Part shown: positions 1 to 12,671 of the stretch, in pieces | How the letters are laid out: each line of letters starts with the position of its first letter | Numbering within the stretch: position 1 is the stretch's first letter | From: Guillardia theta CCMP2712 | Taxonomy: Eukaryota > Protista > Cryptophyta | Length of the DNA: 64,000 nucleotides | NCBI RefSeq assembly: GCF_000315625.1 | Contig: NW_005434617.1 | Location: 280,632-344,631 of the forward strand | Reading direction: 5' to 3' | The notes under the pieces: generated by a model | Told to the model about the DNA's origin: nothing | What the model saw: the letters and a program-made list of their open reading frames with translations, nothing else | The model's database searches: none | Made by a program: the position numbers and the translations under genes

Positions 1-358
1 GGATCCACCTGCAGTCGATGAGGAGAGAAGCTCTGTTCACGTCATCCCCAGCTACCACCCGAACTGTGTACGCCTGCTCCTGCTGCGTGACGAACGTCCC
101 AGCTGGCCGGGCTCGTCACACGCAGCCACGTCATCACTTTCTTAGCTCACCGAGCTGGCTGGAGCAGCAGTCCATGTCGTGCTTGCAGCAGATCTCATGG
201 GAGTCGAAGACCTGAGGGAAGTCAGACACGGCGAGACCGAGGGGATCAGGAGTGCTAGTGTCGATCCACACGCTCAGGAGAAACAGCCGCAGATATGAGG
301 AGACTGACGGATGAGGGGCAGGAGCGGGAGCGGGAGCGGGAGCGGGAGCAGGAGCAGG

Positions 359-423
<65 letters not shown>

Positions 424-424
424 T

Positions 425-466
<42 letters not shown>

Positions 467-2670
467 GGGAGCGGGAGCAGGAGCAGGGATAGGGGTAAGT
501 GCAGGAAGCAGGAGGCGGGAAAAGGATGATTCTCACGGTCTTGGAGAACTCCTTCGCTCGCTCGCCGTCTGGCGTTGCGAAGATTTTGATCCCTGCGGGT
601 AACGATGAGGAGGAATGGAATCAACGAGGCGGACGCTGCAGACCCGACTCTGTCTGATCAGGAATCCCGACTGGAGAAGCAAACATGTCAAAACTCAACC
701 CCAACCGCCTGCACCTCAACAAGTCACCGATAAGGAAAGACGATCCCAATGAAAGAGAGGCTCCAAAGCGTCTCCCCTGCCATTGGCATCAGCACCTCGA
801 CGTCAAGAGCTTCATGCTGCTCTGCCAAGGGAAATAGGCAGCCTTCCTGCTGCTCACCGAATACTTCTTGTCGTCAAACAAGACGTTGATCAGGTTCCAC
901 TTAATGTCCAGCCCTTCCTTGGCGCTGCGAATGATAGATCAGAGGAGGAGGACGAGGACGAGGAGGGGGAGGAGGAGATGGTGGTGGTCGTGAACGAGTA
1001 CGAGGAGAACAGAAACATAGTGGGAAAGGAGTAGCAAAAACGGGCGAGGACAAGGAAAACAAGTGTGAGGAATCAGGAGGCAGGACAAGAGATCGCAAGG
1101 ACCATTCTGAGGAGTCCACAAGAGCATCTCAGACGACCGACCTTGTCTCTTGCTTGTACACCAACACCGACTGATTCCCTGGATGCCCTATCGCAAGGAA
1201 CTGACCATGGAGAGCGAGGGAGGAGCCAAACCCAGTGGACCAGCAGCTTTCAGCTGTGACGCGTCAGCAGCCGACACTCTCGTCCTCTCCCTCGCTACCA
1301 TCTTGCGATCGTAGGCAGCTTTCCTCTTGCTCTAGACATTCCTGGGTCTCACACGTGATGATTTCAGCCTGTAGGACGCCTCCGTTAGCCCTCCGTACTC
1401 CAACGAGACTCCTTCACCTCGATCCACTCGGTCGGTGAAATGCTCAAGTAGATCAGCACAGCCTGCCAGACAAGTCACTCTCCTCATACTCCTGCTCCTC
1501 TTCCTCTCCATTATTCATGTACAATCATCCATCATCATCTCCACCAGGTTCCATACCGGCACAGGTTTGAGGGAGGAGTCCAGGAGCGTGGCGGACACTG
1601 CGACCTCTCCCTCTCCCATCGCGACCTGAAGAGCATGAGGGAGCATGAGTAGAAGGTACAGGAGAGGACCTGCTTCCCGAAGGAGGAGGAGAGGAGAGTA
1701 CGGTCTCCCGTAAGCCATGACGGCTTGCTGCAGTCAAGGGTCAGCCAGGCGGCAGCTGGTCAAGGGGAAGCTCACTGTCTGAAGGGATCTGCGGAGAGGG
1801 ATCGAGGGAGGGACTGGAGATGCTTCCAGGAAAGATCGTCTTGAAGAACTACGAGCTCCACACATCCCCCTGTGTTGTGATCACCTGAATGGAGCAAAAG
1901 GGGTGGCAGAGAGGGGGAGCAGGACAGCGTTCTCAGGGCTACCTCCAGCGAAAGCCACTATGGACTCGTACGTGGATATCTTTGCTTCTGATTGGCAGAT
2001 GTCAGAAGGACAAGAAGAAGGCAGAACAGGCACAAGACCTTTGAGGTGAAACCCGACCTTGCTCCTGGGACAGCTTTGGTTGTTCACAAATCAGAATGGA
2101 GTAGTCAACATTGTATGACATCAAGGCACCTAGGAGCGATGTGGACTTTGCCGTCACCCTCAAGTTTTCTGAGCACTGTGGGTGAAAAGTTGATTGACGT
2201 GGTTGAATTTCCATCAAACTGCATTCGAAAAGATGTTCATCCCGTACCAACACACCTTGCTCAACCCCGTCTTACCTGAACCACGGGCGCCTGACAATTT
2301 TTTGTCCCCACACACCTTGCGATTGCAATGCCTCCAGTACCACTCATGGCGTGAACTCTGTCTGTTGAAGACATGGAGGCGCCCAGCCCGCGAACTCCAA
2401 ACTGTCGCAGGTTTGTCACGAGCAAGGTTTGTGTTGGTTTCATCAGCTCACATCAGGCAAGCAGCTGCTGAAAACGATATCTGACACTTTCCCATGGAGA
2501 TGAACTGCATGATCGCTCTTCGCTCGTCCTTGAAGGCTTCCCATAGCCAATCCGACAGATGCCAACAGGCACAGTCGTTGCACCACCATTGGTACCTGCA
2601 AAGACAGAGGGCTCAAACATGTATGACACGCTCAGCAACATGAACGAAGCTGGATATCCATCATCTCCAT
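1..2670 (-). CDS. Hypothetical multi-exon gene(s), running off the left edge; boundaries approximate
   Basis: Minus-strand coding-like segments bounded by cag/gtgag-type splice signals (AKEGLDIKWNLINVLFDDKKYS ~860-925, GIKIFATPDGERAKEFSKT ~535-590, VAMGEGEVAVSATLLDSSLKPVPVWNLVEM ~1525-1625). No family recognised. Confidence 0.4.
319..488. repeat. (GAGCAG)n/(GAGCGG)n hexamer microsatellite, probably intronic
   Basis: Directly visible; the same compound repeat recurs at ~40229-40278. Confidence 0.95.
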
Positions 2671-4045
2671 CACCACACGGTCCTTCTCATCGCACTCTAG
2701 TTGCTCCCTTCCCCCATCTCCTCCCTGCTCTCCACTCCTCTCCCTGCTGTGTCTACGACAAAAAGCATTTCACAGTGAATGGCGATAAACTACCCCACAG
2801 AATCATTCCAAAGGGTGGGTAGTCTACACCACCCCTGCTATTTCCGCACAGTCCAAGGGAGGGTCCAGTAACAAATTCACTTTGAATCACCGGTACTTTG
2901 TAGGATAAATAGGGGGTGATATACCCCACCCCCTGACCCCCTAACTTGTAGCTTGTTCAAGCTGGGGCCAGAGCAAAGATGCAGGAGCGATATGCCGAAT
3001 GACGGTGAGCGGGGGCAATGAGAATGCGAAGAAGATGAAGCATTGAAGAGAGAACATCTAGATCATGTGAAATATGCAGACCATGTGAATGCAGTTGTAT
3101 GATTGCCAATATTCCACATGAAGAGGATGTCAAAAGGGGAAGAGGAGTAGACAATATGTATGCATATCTGTGTTTTAGATGATAAGGGTCTTAGGAAATG
3201 ACCATTACAAGAGAGGCAAAAGTGGATTGTCAAACAGACTACCCAAAGGTCTGCGAGAGCTCCAAAGGTATTCAGTGAATGAGAAGAAGTTATCATCGAG
3301 AGAATACAATGTCAAGGGACCAGAAATGTGCTAGAGCATAAAAACAGATTGTTTGCGTAAATTTTGAGAACTCCAGAGTCAGATTGTTTGTCTGAAATTT
3401 GAAAACTTGTGAGACTGTGCCTTTATCATCTGCACAGCAAGAGAGCCATTGGTCGAGATAAATATCTGTGCTGGAACATCATGCTCCAGAAAGCTGATGA
3501 GTCGCATGCCCGGCCTCGGAACGTGGCGAAGAGTGGGTCGTAGGACATACCCCCGAAAATAAGAGAGGAGGGAGCAGAGGGAAGCGAGGAGTGCGATGAT
3601 TCAACACAGAAGCACAGTTGAGGGAGATGGTTGAACTTTGGAGATGAGGAAACAAATCTCAAAGTCAAGTATTGTATCAAGGTCTACCCAATCAATAAAC
3701 AAGCAAAGTGAACTACGCGACGACCGAACCAACGGGTTAGAAGCTTGAATGCTGTATTGAACTACTAAACCGAGATATCCAAAGTGGACGAGAACAGAGC
3801 AATAATCATATGGCATACTCTTGCAGTAATTCAGTATCAGGTAGCCTCTGCAGAGGATACAATCCACAAAATAGTGATGAGACGTGTAATGTGAACACAA
3901 AAGCGCTGCCACAGGCAATCTATGCATATGATGTGCACTGACTTAGTTGACAATATCCAAGAATGAGGTGGGTTCACATTCAGCATAACATATTGATCAG
4001 AGGTTCTTCGGTTTACTCTCCTCTACAGTCTACCGCAACAATAAT

Positions 4046-4231
4046 TTACGAGCGGTTGTAGAAGTAGTCCCAGTGGTTGCGAGCGCGAACCCAGTCATCG
4101 TAGGCAGCGGCATCGTTGGCCTTGTAGTAGGTGTCAGCAGAGGCGTTGTAGAGCTGACGGGCCTGGGCGTTCTGGCCAGCGGCCTTGGCGTAGAGAGCAG
4201 CAGCAGTCTGACCGTAGAGAACAGAGAACAT
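4046..4231 (-). CDS. 61-aa Ala/Tyr-rich microprotein (MFSVLYGQTAAALYAKAAGQNAQARQLY...NRS)
   Basis: Strong C/G-ending codon bias (GCC, TAC, AAC, GAC) in AT-richer surroundings. The ATG directly follows a pyrimidine-rich acceptor (cttttcag|aATG). Confidence 0.75.
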   Translation of the reverse strand: MFSVLYGQTAAALYAKAAGQNAQARQLYNASADTYYKANDAAAYDDWVRARNHWDYFYNRS

Positions 4232-4640
4232 TCTGAAAAGAAGAGCGTCAATAATTTGCTTGCAGAACTTGGTTAACAACACATTAATTCATCTAGCCAC
4301 AATCATGGAACAAGTTCCTTCAATCACAGTGTATTTCCCATATTCATGTGCAAAATATTCAGATGGACAATTAATTCGGCAACAAACTTTATGCGCAACA
4401 ATCAAGAAATGAAAGAAGGCGCATGGGGACAAGCATGAACGTGGAGAACACAAATACGAGAAAATCAAGGTGTGGAACCCAACGCCACGATGGAAACATC
4501 CAATGATGGTAAGAAAAGAAAGTCAAACAATTCAAGCATCGAGAAATAATTCATAAGACATGTACAAAGTCGCAAATTTGAAAGCATCACAGGACAGCAG
4601 CACAACAGAATTGCATGAACATGAGGTCAGGTTGTTCGAG

Positions 4641-4690
4641 CCATACCCGGTGTGTGAAGAGCCACCTGTCGTGACCCTTCTTATATACAA
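4641..4690 (-). promoter_or_regulatory. TATA box (TATATAAG) and short non-coding first exon ending in a GTATGG donor; 5'-UTR intron ~4646-4233
   Basis: Minus strand reads ttgTATATAAgaagggtcacgacaggtggctcttcacacaccgg|GTATGG; matching acceptor at 4233. Confidence 0.6.
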
Positions 4691-6100
4691 GCTCTGAATC
4701 GGGGGTGGGGTATGTGTACCACCCGTCATGTTCACCCCACCCTTCCTGCTAAGCTTCAGTTTTTCTCCAGTACCTACTCATCACGTATCCCTGCCACCCG
4801 TACTCGACTACCCCAGGTGGCTGGAAACTATCAGAGGCTAGTACGAAGGGGTACTCTATCAAATCAGTGGGTGGTAGGCCACTGTGTCCCAAGGGTTGTC
4901 AAGGCAGGAATGGGGTGTGAGTCAAGCCGGGGTTATACCATACCTATACTATAGCCAATAATTTCATATATAAAGTAGGGGTGATGGTAGGTACCCCTCC
5001 AGTTTTCACGGTTCCCTCCACCTCGCCACACTTAGCGAAGGGACAGACGTGTCTCTTCTAAAATAACGGCATTTGTAACCACCCTTGAACAAATGAAACG
5101 TACTGTAACGACTTATCATGAGGGCGATGACTAGATGGCTCGATAAGGCCGTTCGTTGACGTAAACTACCCCCAATACCATTGTACCCACCCCTCCTGAA
5201 AAAACTACCTACCTGGGTGCTGGGATCCCCACTTGTGAAGTGCTACACCAAGCACCGTATGTTTATTGATAAAGACTACACATTTTCTAAGTGAATCAAT
5301 AATTGAAATGCAATATCATAAGAGCCTTGCCCTTTTGCCTCCCTACCCCCTACGGTACCGTCATTCCCACAACACCCCCTGTATTGACCTACCCCTAACA
5401 CTTACTACCCCTATCTTCTGAACCACCTTGACCGTCCAACGTCACTGAAGCCCTTATTCTATACCCCACCCCTTAATAGATACATCCCATCTCTGCAAGT
5501 ACCGGTACTGATTTCTTTATTACCGGTACTTTCAATATAAAAATTGCCGGTACTCTGGAAGAATGACCTACCCCTTGACTCATTCGATATTCACTACCCC
5601 CCATTTAGGGCCCCCTAACGCCAATTCTTCCTGAATCACCCACACCCGCATCGTGTACCCCTCCATCCAGATGACCACCTGGAGATCTGAAATGTACCCA
5701 CCCTTTTGACCGAAAATTTCCTATCGAAGAACCAGTACTTGAAAACAAGTACCCGTACATTTCATACAAAAATGCGTATGGGTGGGTGCCCCTACCCCAT
5801 GTCTCTCGACTATAACAACCAACGCTCCAACTGAGTTCATCCTTGCTACCGCACGAAGTTCGCATCCTGGCTACAACCTCCTCCTCCCTCCCTCCCCTCC
5901 TCATCCTCTGTCTTGCCCATCTCTTCTATCCCTGACAGAGACTAGTAGAGATCTCTACTAGTCTTCCTCTCGCATCTCCTCCAAATTGCCTCGAAGATAC
6001 TAGTTCGACGGGGTTTCGAAAACTCAGTCCGTTGGCAACAAACAGCACGACACGTCGCCTTTCTGCCCTTTGATGAAAAGAAAGTTGATAGCCTTGTGAA

Positions 6101-8305
6101 ATGACTACAAGATATCGCATCCCCTCCTCGGCCTACCCGGTCCCCCCTGCCTCTATCCATTCCACAAATCCTCTCCATCCGCCATCTGACAAGCCGAACA
6201 ATATCATCGAGCACACCAAGAAAGATGCAACTGGCAGGGTCTCCGTCAAGAAGTATCTCAAGGGAGCTCTCCTGGGGAAGGGAGGCTTCGCAAAATGCTT
6301 CCAAGTGACCGACCTGGACACGAAGGAGGACTGGGCTTGCAAGATCATCCAAAAGTCCTCGCTGACCAAGCAGAGACACAAGCAGAAGTTGCAGTCGGAG
6401 ATCAAGATCCACAAGTCCCTCAGCCACAAGAACATCGTTAGGTTCCATGATGTGTTCGAGGACAAGGAGAATGTCTACATCGTCATGGAACTGTGCCCTA
6501 ACCAGACGATGCTCGAGCACGTGAAGCGCAGGAAGCGGCTGTCAGAATCTGACACCAGACGGTTCATGCTTCAGATCCTGGACGCTGTTCGCTTCATGCA
6601 CCAGTACAGAGTGATCCATCGAGACCTGAAGTTGGGGAACTTCTTCCTGGGCAAGAACAATGAGGTCAAGATCGGGGACTTCGGGCTCGCCTGCAAGCTG
6701 CAGTTTGACGGGGAGAGAAAGAAGACTCTGTGCGGCACCCCCAACTACATCGCACCTGAGGTGCTGGACGGGAAGGACGGCCACAGCTACGAGGTTGACA
6801 TCTGGAGCATTGGCGTCATCCTGTACACCTGCCTGGTGGGCAAGCCTCCCTTCGAGACGGCTGACGTGAAGTCGACATACAAGCTGATCCAGTCAAACAC
6901 GTACTCGTTCCCTCCTCGGCTGGAGATCAGCGAGTCAGCCAAGGCGCTTGTGAGGTCGATCCTGCAGTCGAGGCCAGAGAAGAGGCCGTCGATCGAGGAC
7001 ATCATGAGGGACGACTTCTTCCTCGGGCAGGGGATCGCGCTGCTGCAGGGCAGGGACGACCCGCTGAACACAAGCGGGAACAACAGCGGGAACCGAGGGA
7101 AGCTCAAGGACGCCCTGATCTTCTCCAGCTCGTCCAACACTGCTCCAACCGATGCCCGCGCGCCCCTCCAGCCCGTGCAGGAGGTGAAGAACGTGGAGCA
7201 GGACAAGAACAAGAAGGTCAGGGCGGACGGAGCCCCGTTGGGCCTGGCATCCTGCAACATAGAGAGGAAGCCGATGACTATCCTGTCTGGCCTGTCGTCG
7301 GTTGGGAACATCTATCGGCCGATGCTGCAACAGCAGGTTGCCGGGGAGGATATGCAGAGGAACAGCGACAGGGACTCGGAGTCGTCACCCACCAAGAAAG
7401 TGACGAAGCAGATGGGAGCGCTGGATGTCAAGGACAAGACCAACTTTCTCCTCCCGACTTCCTCCTCCTCCTCCTCCTCCGATCCAGCCACTACCATTCA
7501 ACGGAAGGCCTCCGACTGCGGGTCGGACGCGGCATCCTCTGCATCCACAGCCAGCGCGCCTGTCTCGGCGAGGTCGGACAAGGATGTCCCGGTGGCATCG
7601 GCCGCCGTTGAGGACGAGCATGCGATGAGGAACATGCACAACAACATCACTGCAGCCCTGAGCTCGGCGGTCAAGGGGTCGTCGTCGTACGTGGGGACCC
7701 TGCCGCTGCCCCAGGTGTGGGTGAGCAGCTGGGTGGACTACTCGAAGAAGTATGGGCTGGGGTACAAGCTGAGCAACGATCAGTACGGAGTGTTTTTTAA
7801 CGACTCGACCAAGATCCTGCTGCAGTTGGACGGGAGCTCGTTCGAGTACATGGAGAGGCAAAGAATGGACGGGAACAACGTCAAGTTTGACAAGCGATCG
7901 AGCTACACGATGGGTGAGCGGCCTGCAGAGCTGAACAAGAAGGTGACGCTGCTGGGGCACTTCAAGAACTACCTCAACGACTCGAGCAAGGTAGAAGGAG
8001 GAGACAAGGGGAAGGAGGCCTTCGACCGGAGCAACGTGGCGAAGGAGACAGAGGATGGAATCTACGTGAGGAAGTGGATGAGGACGAGGCACTCGGTCAT
8101 CTTCCGCCTCAGCAACAACTGCTTCCAGATCTCCTTCAACGACGACTCTGAAGTCTTCCTGTGGGCCTCCAGGAGGTGGGTCACGTACCGGAGTAGGACG
8201 AAGCCGCTGCGCACGATGGACCTCAAGGATGCGGCATGCGATGCCGACATTGCCAAGAGGCTCAAGTACGCGGATGACATCCTGGTGCAGCTGCTGGCGG
8301 CCTGA
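6101..8305 (+). CDS. PLK1: Polo-like kinase, 734 aa, intronless
   Basis: Kinase motifs GKGGFAKC, HRDLKLGN, DFGLA, LCGTPNYIAPE; C-terminal polo boxes WVDYSKKYGLGY..FNDSTK and KWMRTRHSVIFRLSN..QISFND. Confidence 0.95.
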   Translation: MTTRYRIPSSAYPVPPASIHSTNPLHPPSDKPNNIIEHTKKDATGRVSVKKYLKGALLGKGGFAKCFQVTDLDTKEDWACKIIQKSSLTKQRHKQKLQSEIKIHKSLSHKNIVRFHDVFEDKENVYIVMELCPNQTMLEHVKRRKRLSESDTRRFMLQILDAVRFMHQYRVIHRDLKLGNFFLGKNNEVKIGDFGLACKLQFDGERKKTLCGTPNYIAPEVLDGKDGHSYEVDIWSIGVILYTCLVGKPPFETADVKSTYKLIQSNTYSFPPRLEISESAKALVRSILQSRPEKRPSIEDIMRDDFFLGQGIALLQGRDDPLNTSGNNSGNRGKLKDALIFSSSSNTAPTDARAPLQPVQEVKNVEQDKNKKVRADGAPLGLASCNIERKPMTILSGLSSVGNIYRPMLQQQVAGEDMQRNSDRDSESSPTKKVTKQMGALDVKDKTNFLLPTSSSSSSSDPATTIQRKASDCGSDAASSASTASAPVSARSDKDVPVASAAVEDEHAMRNMHNNITAALSSAVKGSSSYVGTLPLPQVWVSSWVDYSKKYGLGYKLSNDQYGVFFNDSTKILLQLDGSSFEYMERQRMDGNNVKFDKRSSYTMGERPAELNKKVTLLGHFKNYLNDSSKVEGGDKGKEAFDRSNVAKETEDGIYVRKWMRTRHSVIFRLSNNCFQISFNDDSEVFLWASRRWVTYRSRTKPLRTMDLKDAACDADIAKRLKYADDILVQLLAA

Positions 8306-8532
8306 GGTTGAGCTGGAGACATTTGGCTGTTTTTTTTCCATCTTTTCGGTTATTCTTTGATACGCTTAATAAGAAATTGTTTGTGAAACTTACTCACCTC
8401 CTCTCCTTTCTTGTGTCTTCTTTCCGAACCTCATTCCTCGTCTTCCGTCCGCTTCTATCCTTACTCCCCCATCATCATCATCATCATCATCATCATACAC
8501 TGGCTCTCTCCTCTCATACTCTCCGTGAGAGT

Positions 8533-9559
8533 TCAGGAGATGCTGAGAAGTTCTACTTCAAAGATGAGAGTGCTGTTAGGAGGGATCTCAGGAGGCGATC
8601 CTCGTTTGCCGTAACCCAACCTGCCATGACGTATCAAGCCCACATCCCTGCTCTCCCCTCCTCCTCAACCCCTCCCGCATGTCTTCCCCTCCTCCCTCCT
8701 ATCCTCCCCCTCGCCTTCCTCCACTCCTCTCGCCTCCTCCTCCTCCCTGCCCTCCTCCTCCTCCTCTCCTCCCATGCACCAACTTTGGAGGGATGGTGAG
8801 CTTGCGTTTGCCCCCTTTCTTCATGCCCTTCACGCCTCGGTCCCATCCCTTGATCACTTCCCCGGCATCGATCGTGAACTTGAACCGGCTCGACGCGTCA
8901 AACTGTGTCCCGTCCTCCAACCTCCCCACGTACTTCATCGTTACCGTGTCCTGCGACTCTGCAGTCTTTCCTTCCCCCACCTTCATGTCCTCCACCACCA
9001 TCTTCTCTTCCTCAGGCTCCTCATACTCCTCCCCAGGAATACTGTAGCTGCTCTTGTTCTGCACGAGCTTCCCGTTTGCCACGGCCTTCTTCAGCACCTT
9101 GAGGACAAGAGTGTTGTTGTCCACTCCTGTGCTTGCTTTCACAAACTTCTTGATGTACACGAGGCTGCTGCCGCTGCCGATTGGAAGTCAACTCAAAAGA
9201 AGATCTGCTCCGGATATGGCACTCCCATTTCCATCATCAAAACCATCATCACCATCATCACCATCATCACCATCATCACCATCATCACCATCATCACCAT
9301 CATCACCATCATCACCATCATCACCCTCTCAATCTCAATCTCAATGTACATCTCCATCTACATCTCCATCTACACATACTTCTACATCTACATCTACATC
9401 TACATCTACATCTACATCTACATCTACATCTGCATCTACATCTACATCTACATCTACATCTACATCTACATCTACATCTACATCTACATCATCTCACCTC
9501 TTCTTCTTCTCTTCTCTGATCGCTCGCTTGATCGTTTCCAGCAAATCCTCCTTAGCCAT
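8533..9559 (-). CDS. Linker-histone H15-like domain fused to an FKBP-type peptidyl-prolyl isomerase; 3 exons (9559-9498, 9173-8784, 8620-8533)
   Basis: Spliced product [32 protein letters not shown]...[17 protein letters not shown] (H15 pattern) followed by [12 protein letters not shown]...[50 protein letters not shown] (FKBP). GT-AG junctions keep the frame. Confidence 0.85.
9230..9492. repeat. Intronic (CATCAC)n and (CATCTA)n microsatellites
   Basis: Directly visible in intron 1 of the FKBP gene. Confidence 0.95.
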
Positions 9560-9950
9560 TATCCCGACGACCTCAGCCAACCCCACCCCTACCCCCTCTT
9601 TTTCCTTCAGACACCACCCACATTTATACTTCAAACTCACCCCCCAAGAACAGCCCAAGGACCCACCCCACAGAGATAAGGCCTTGCAAGGACCTTTTAT
9701 CAGCATGCAGATAGCAAGGGAACAGATGGGAACAAGTGCGAGAGAGGAGGAGGAGAGGAGGAGAGGAGGAAGAAGAAGGGGACAAGAGAAGGAAGAGGAC
9801 AAGGAGGAGGAGGAGGAGATGAGGAGGAGGAGGAGGAGAGGAGAAGCAGGAGAAGCAGGGGGGGGCGGGGGAGGAGAGGAGAAGAGGAGGACGAAGACCA
9901 GGAGGGGAGCAGAGGAGGACGAGGACGAGGACGAGGACGAGGAGGACGAG

Positions 9951-9986
<36 letters not shown>

Positions 9987-10183
9987 GATGAGGACGAGGG
10001 GTGCTTGAAAGGAAGGCGAGCTTCCTTGTGGAGTACCAAAGATTGGGAAGGAGGAAAGGAGAGATCGTCCTGCCGCAGACACCCTTGAACGGATCCCCTG
10101 ACTTGACATGCTTGTCTCTCACCCCAATATGCAGGAGGAGGAGGGAGAGAGAGGAGAGGAAGCAGAGAAAGCGCGAACCTACA

Positions 10184-12430
10184 TCATGAACATTGTGGAC
10201 GATTTTCTCACTTGGGGGGGAGGTACTGCCCTGACCCACCAGCTTCTAACTGACTCGATCATGATGAAAGACTTGCTGTTCAAGTTCCGTCCAGACTTCC
10301 CCTTCGAACGTCCCACAAGGTCAGCACGCGTCCCGTCGTTGCACTCATGACAGCGATCTCCCAGCTCTATCCCAGCCTCTTGGTACATCAGCCCCAAGCA
10401 GACTTTCGGGGAACTGGTTGTGTGGAATCTCTTCTTCTGGACGCTGACTTACGTGATCTTCATGGTGAGTTGACAAGCCTCGCCATGCTCGTCTCACGCG
10501 CATTGGCTGCAGAGATGCGACTTTAGGAGGAGGCTCGGCCTTCCGAAACATGGCGTGAGGAAAGTGACGTATGGAGACGTGTTCTTGGGGTGAGGAGCGA
10601 GGGAGAGTGACCGGAGGGAGGGGGGAGGAAAGGAAAGCAAGTGGAAGAGTGTGTGGGAGGGAGGGAGGGGGGAGGGAGCAGAGGGGAGGAGGGAGGGGGG
10701 AGGGAGGGGGAGTATGCGCAGATGGTTCACCAGGTACTTTCAGGACACAGGTATTGGCGAGCTTGCTGTGGGTACTCTACTATAAGTACCTCACCAACAC
10801 GGTCGTCTACATCCTCCAGCCCTGCCACCTCGTCTCCATGTGAGATGGGACCGGTCCTGCTTCCTTGCCGCTGCTGATGACTGGAGGTAGCATGCTAGTC
10901 TATCTCTTCTGGTGCAGGGACATCGCGCACGGTGTGAAGAGGGAGAAGACTGAAGTCAGCGCCTGACATCCTCCTTCTCCTCCTCTCCTCCTCCTCCTCT
11001 CCTCCTCTCCTCCTCCTCCTCTCCTCCTCTCCTCCTCTTTCCTCCTCCTCTTCTCCTCCTCCTCGCAGGCTCGCTAATCTTCTCCATGTTCACGCACATG
11101 AATGTTGGGACGCTCCTCGCCCTCGGTGTGTTCAGCTCCTTCTGTCNNNNNNNNNNNNNNNNNNNNNNNNNNNNNNNNNNNNNNNNNNNNNNNNNNNNNN
11201 NNNNNNNNNNNNNNNNNNNNNNNNNNNNNNNNNNNNNNNNNNNNNNATTCAATTTCTTCGTCCTCCACGTCCTCCTTGCTGTTGCTCCTCTGCACTTCGA
11301 GTGGCAGGAGGTGCTGCCTCCCTCCTCTTATCTCTCTCTCTCCTCCTCCTCTCTTCCCTCCTCCTTCCTCGCCCGGCTTCTGACTCATTTTCTCCCCGCT
11401 TCCCCTCCCTGCTCTCCCTTCCCCCTCCTCTACCTGCTCTTGTTCTCCTCCTTTCTCGTCCTGTTCCACTTGCTGGCTGAATGGCTCCTTGCAGTCGTTC
11501 CCCTTCAAGAAGGGACTGTTTGCTGTCACGGTGAGAAGCGAGTCGAGAGAAGAGAGGAGGAAGCAAGCGGAGAGAGGAAGGAGGGGCGAGCAGTGAGTTT
11601 GAGGGGGGGAGGAGGGGGGGAGACAAGGGAAAATTACTTATGACAATGGGAGGAAATGATGGAGCAGGAGCAGAGAGAGGTGAAGGAGACGGAAATTCAA
11701 AGAAGGGGCAGCAGCAGCAGCAGAGGCAGCAAAGGCGGCGGCAGCGGCAGCGGCAGCGGCAGCAGCAGCAGCAGCAGCAGAGGCAGCAGTAGCAGTAGCA
11801 GCAGCAGCAGCAGCAGCAATGTTTTCGTTTTCATCCTCACGAGGGAGTAGATGGGTTTTGCTCTCCTCGGCATCTTGCACTGGACCATCCTCCTTCCAGG
11901 TGACAATAGTCTCCTCCTGCCCACCACCGCCCTCCCCCCATTCCCTCCTCCTCCTCCTCCTTCTCCTCCTCCTCCTCTGCCTATTCGTCCACATTCGTGA
12001 CGAATGAGGCTCAGTGTCCATCCTCGTCGGCAACAACATCAACTACATGATGAGTCCTCCCAAGGGGCCCCTGCTCTGGTTTGGTAAGGAGGGCGAGGAG
12101 GACGAGAGGGAAAGTTTTCTCATGTGTCGAGCAGGCGATCACTACAGATCAATCCAAACGTTCGGAACCTACCTCCTCCTCCTCCTTCCCGGTGAGACGT
12201 TTTACATCAGCCCCCACCATCTTCGTCATTTGTATCCTCCTCGTCTCCTCCGCTCACTCCAGCTCAGGGCTGCTGTTCCCTGCCATGGTGGACTTGGCAA
12301 AGAGGATGTCGGGGAAGGTGAGGGAGAGGGTGGGAGTTGGGGAGGGTGATGTTTGCCCAGTGGAGAAGACAGAAGTCAGCGTGAGAGAGGATGGGAAGAA
12401 AGACGGAAAGCACAAGATGAAGTATGTGAA
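10184..12430 (+). CDS. TMEM164: TMEM164-like multi-pass membrane protein, multi-exon, interrupted by a 100-N gap; ends approximate
   Basis: Hydrophobic exons with YYKYLTNTVVYILQPCHL (TMEM164 LxPCH motif), VSILVGNNINYMMSPP and DHYR. Confidence 0.6.
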
Positions 12431-12444
12431 GCAACCCAAGGACT

Positions 12445-12592
12445 CTCCTCCTCCTCCTCCTCCTCCTCCTCCTCCTCCTCCTCCTCCTCCTCCTCCTCCT
12501 CACTCACTCACTCACTCACTCACTCAATCACTCACTCACTCACTCACTCACTCAATCACTCACTCACTCACTCAATCACTCACTCACTCACT
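12445..12592. repeat. (CCT)n followed by (TCAC)n microsatellite
   Basis: Directly visible. Confidence 0.95.
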
Positions 12593-12671
12593 TCTCGTCC
12601 CAACATGCATCTTCTCCCTCTTCATCTTCGTCATATCAAGGGAAGGTCGTGTTTCATTCCATAACATCCTG

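Noticed and set aside
255-624. ORFs made of poly-SC, poly-L, poly-RS and similar (also ~9054-10239 and 20365-20958)
   Set aside because: Translations of microsatellites and purine/pyrimidine tracts that lack stop codons.
5942-8341. Long antisense ORFs opposite PLK1 (likewise opposite VWA8 and the CBM20 gene)
   Set aside because: Shadow ORFs caused by GC3-rich codon usage of the sense gene.
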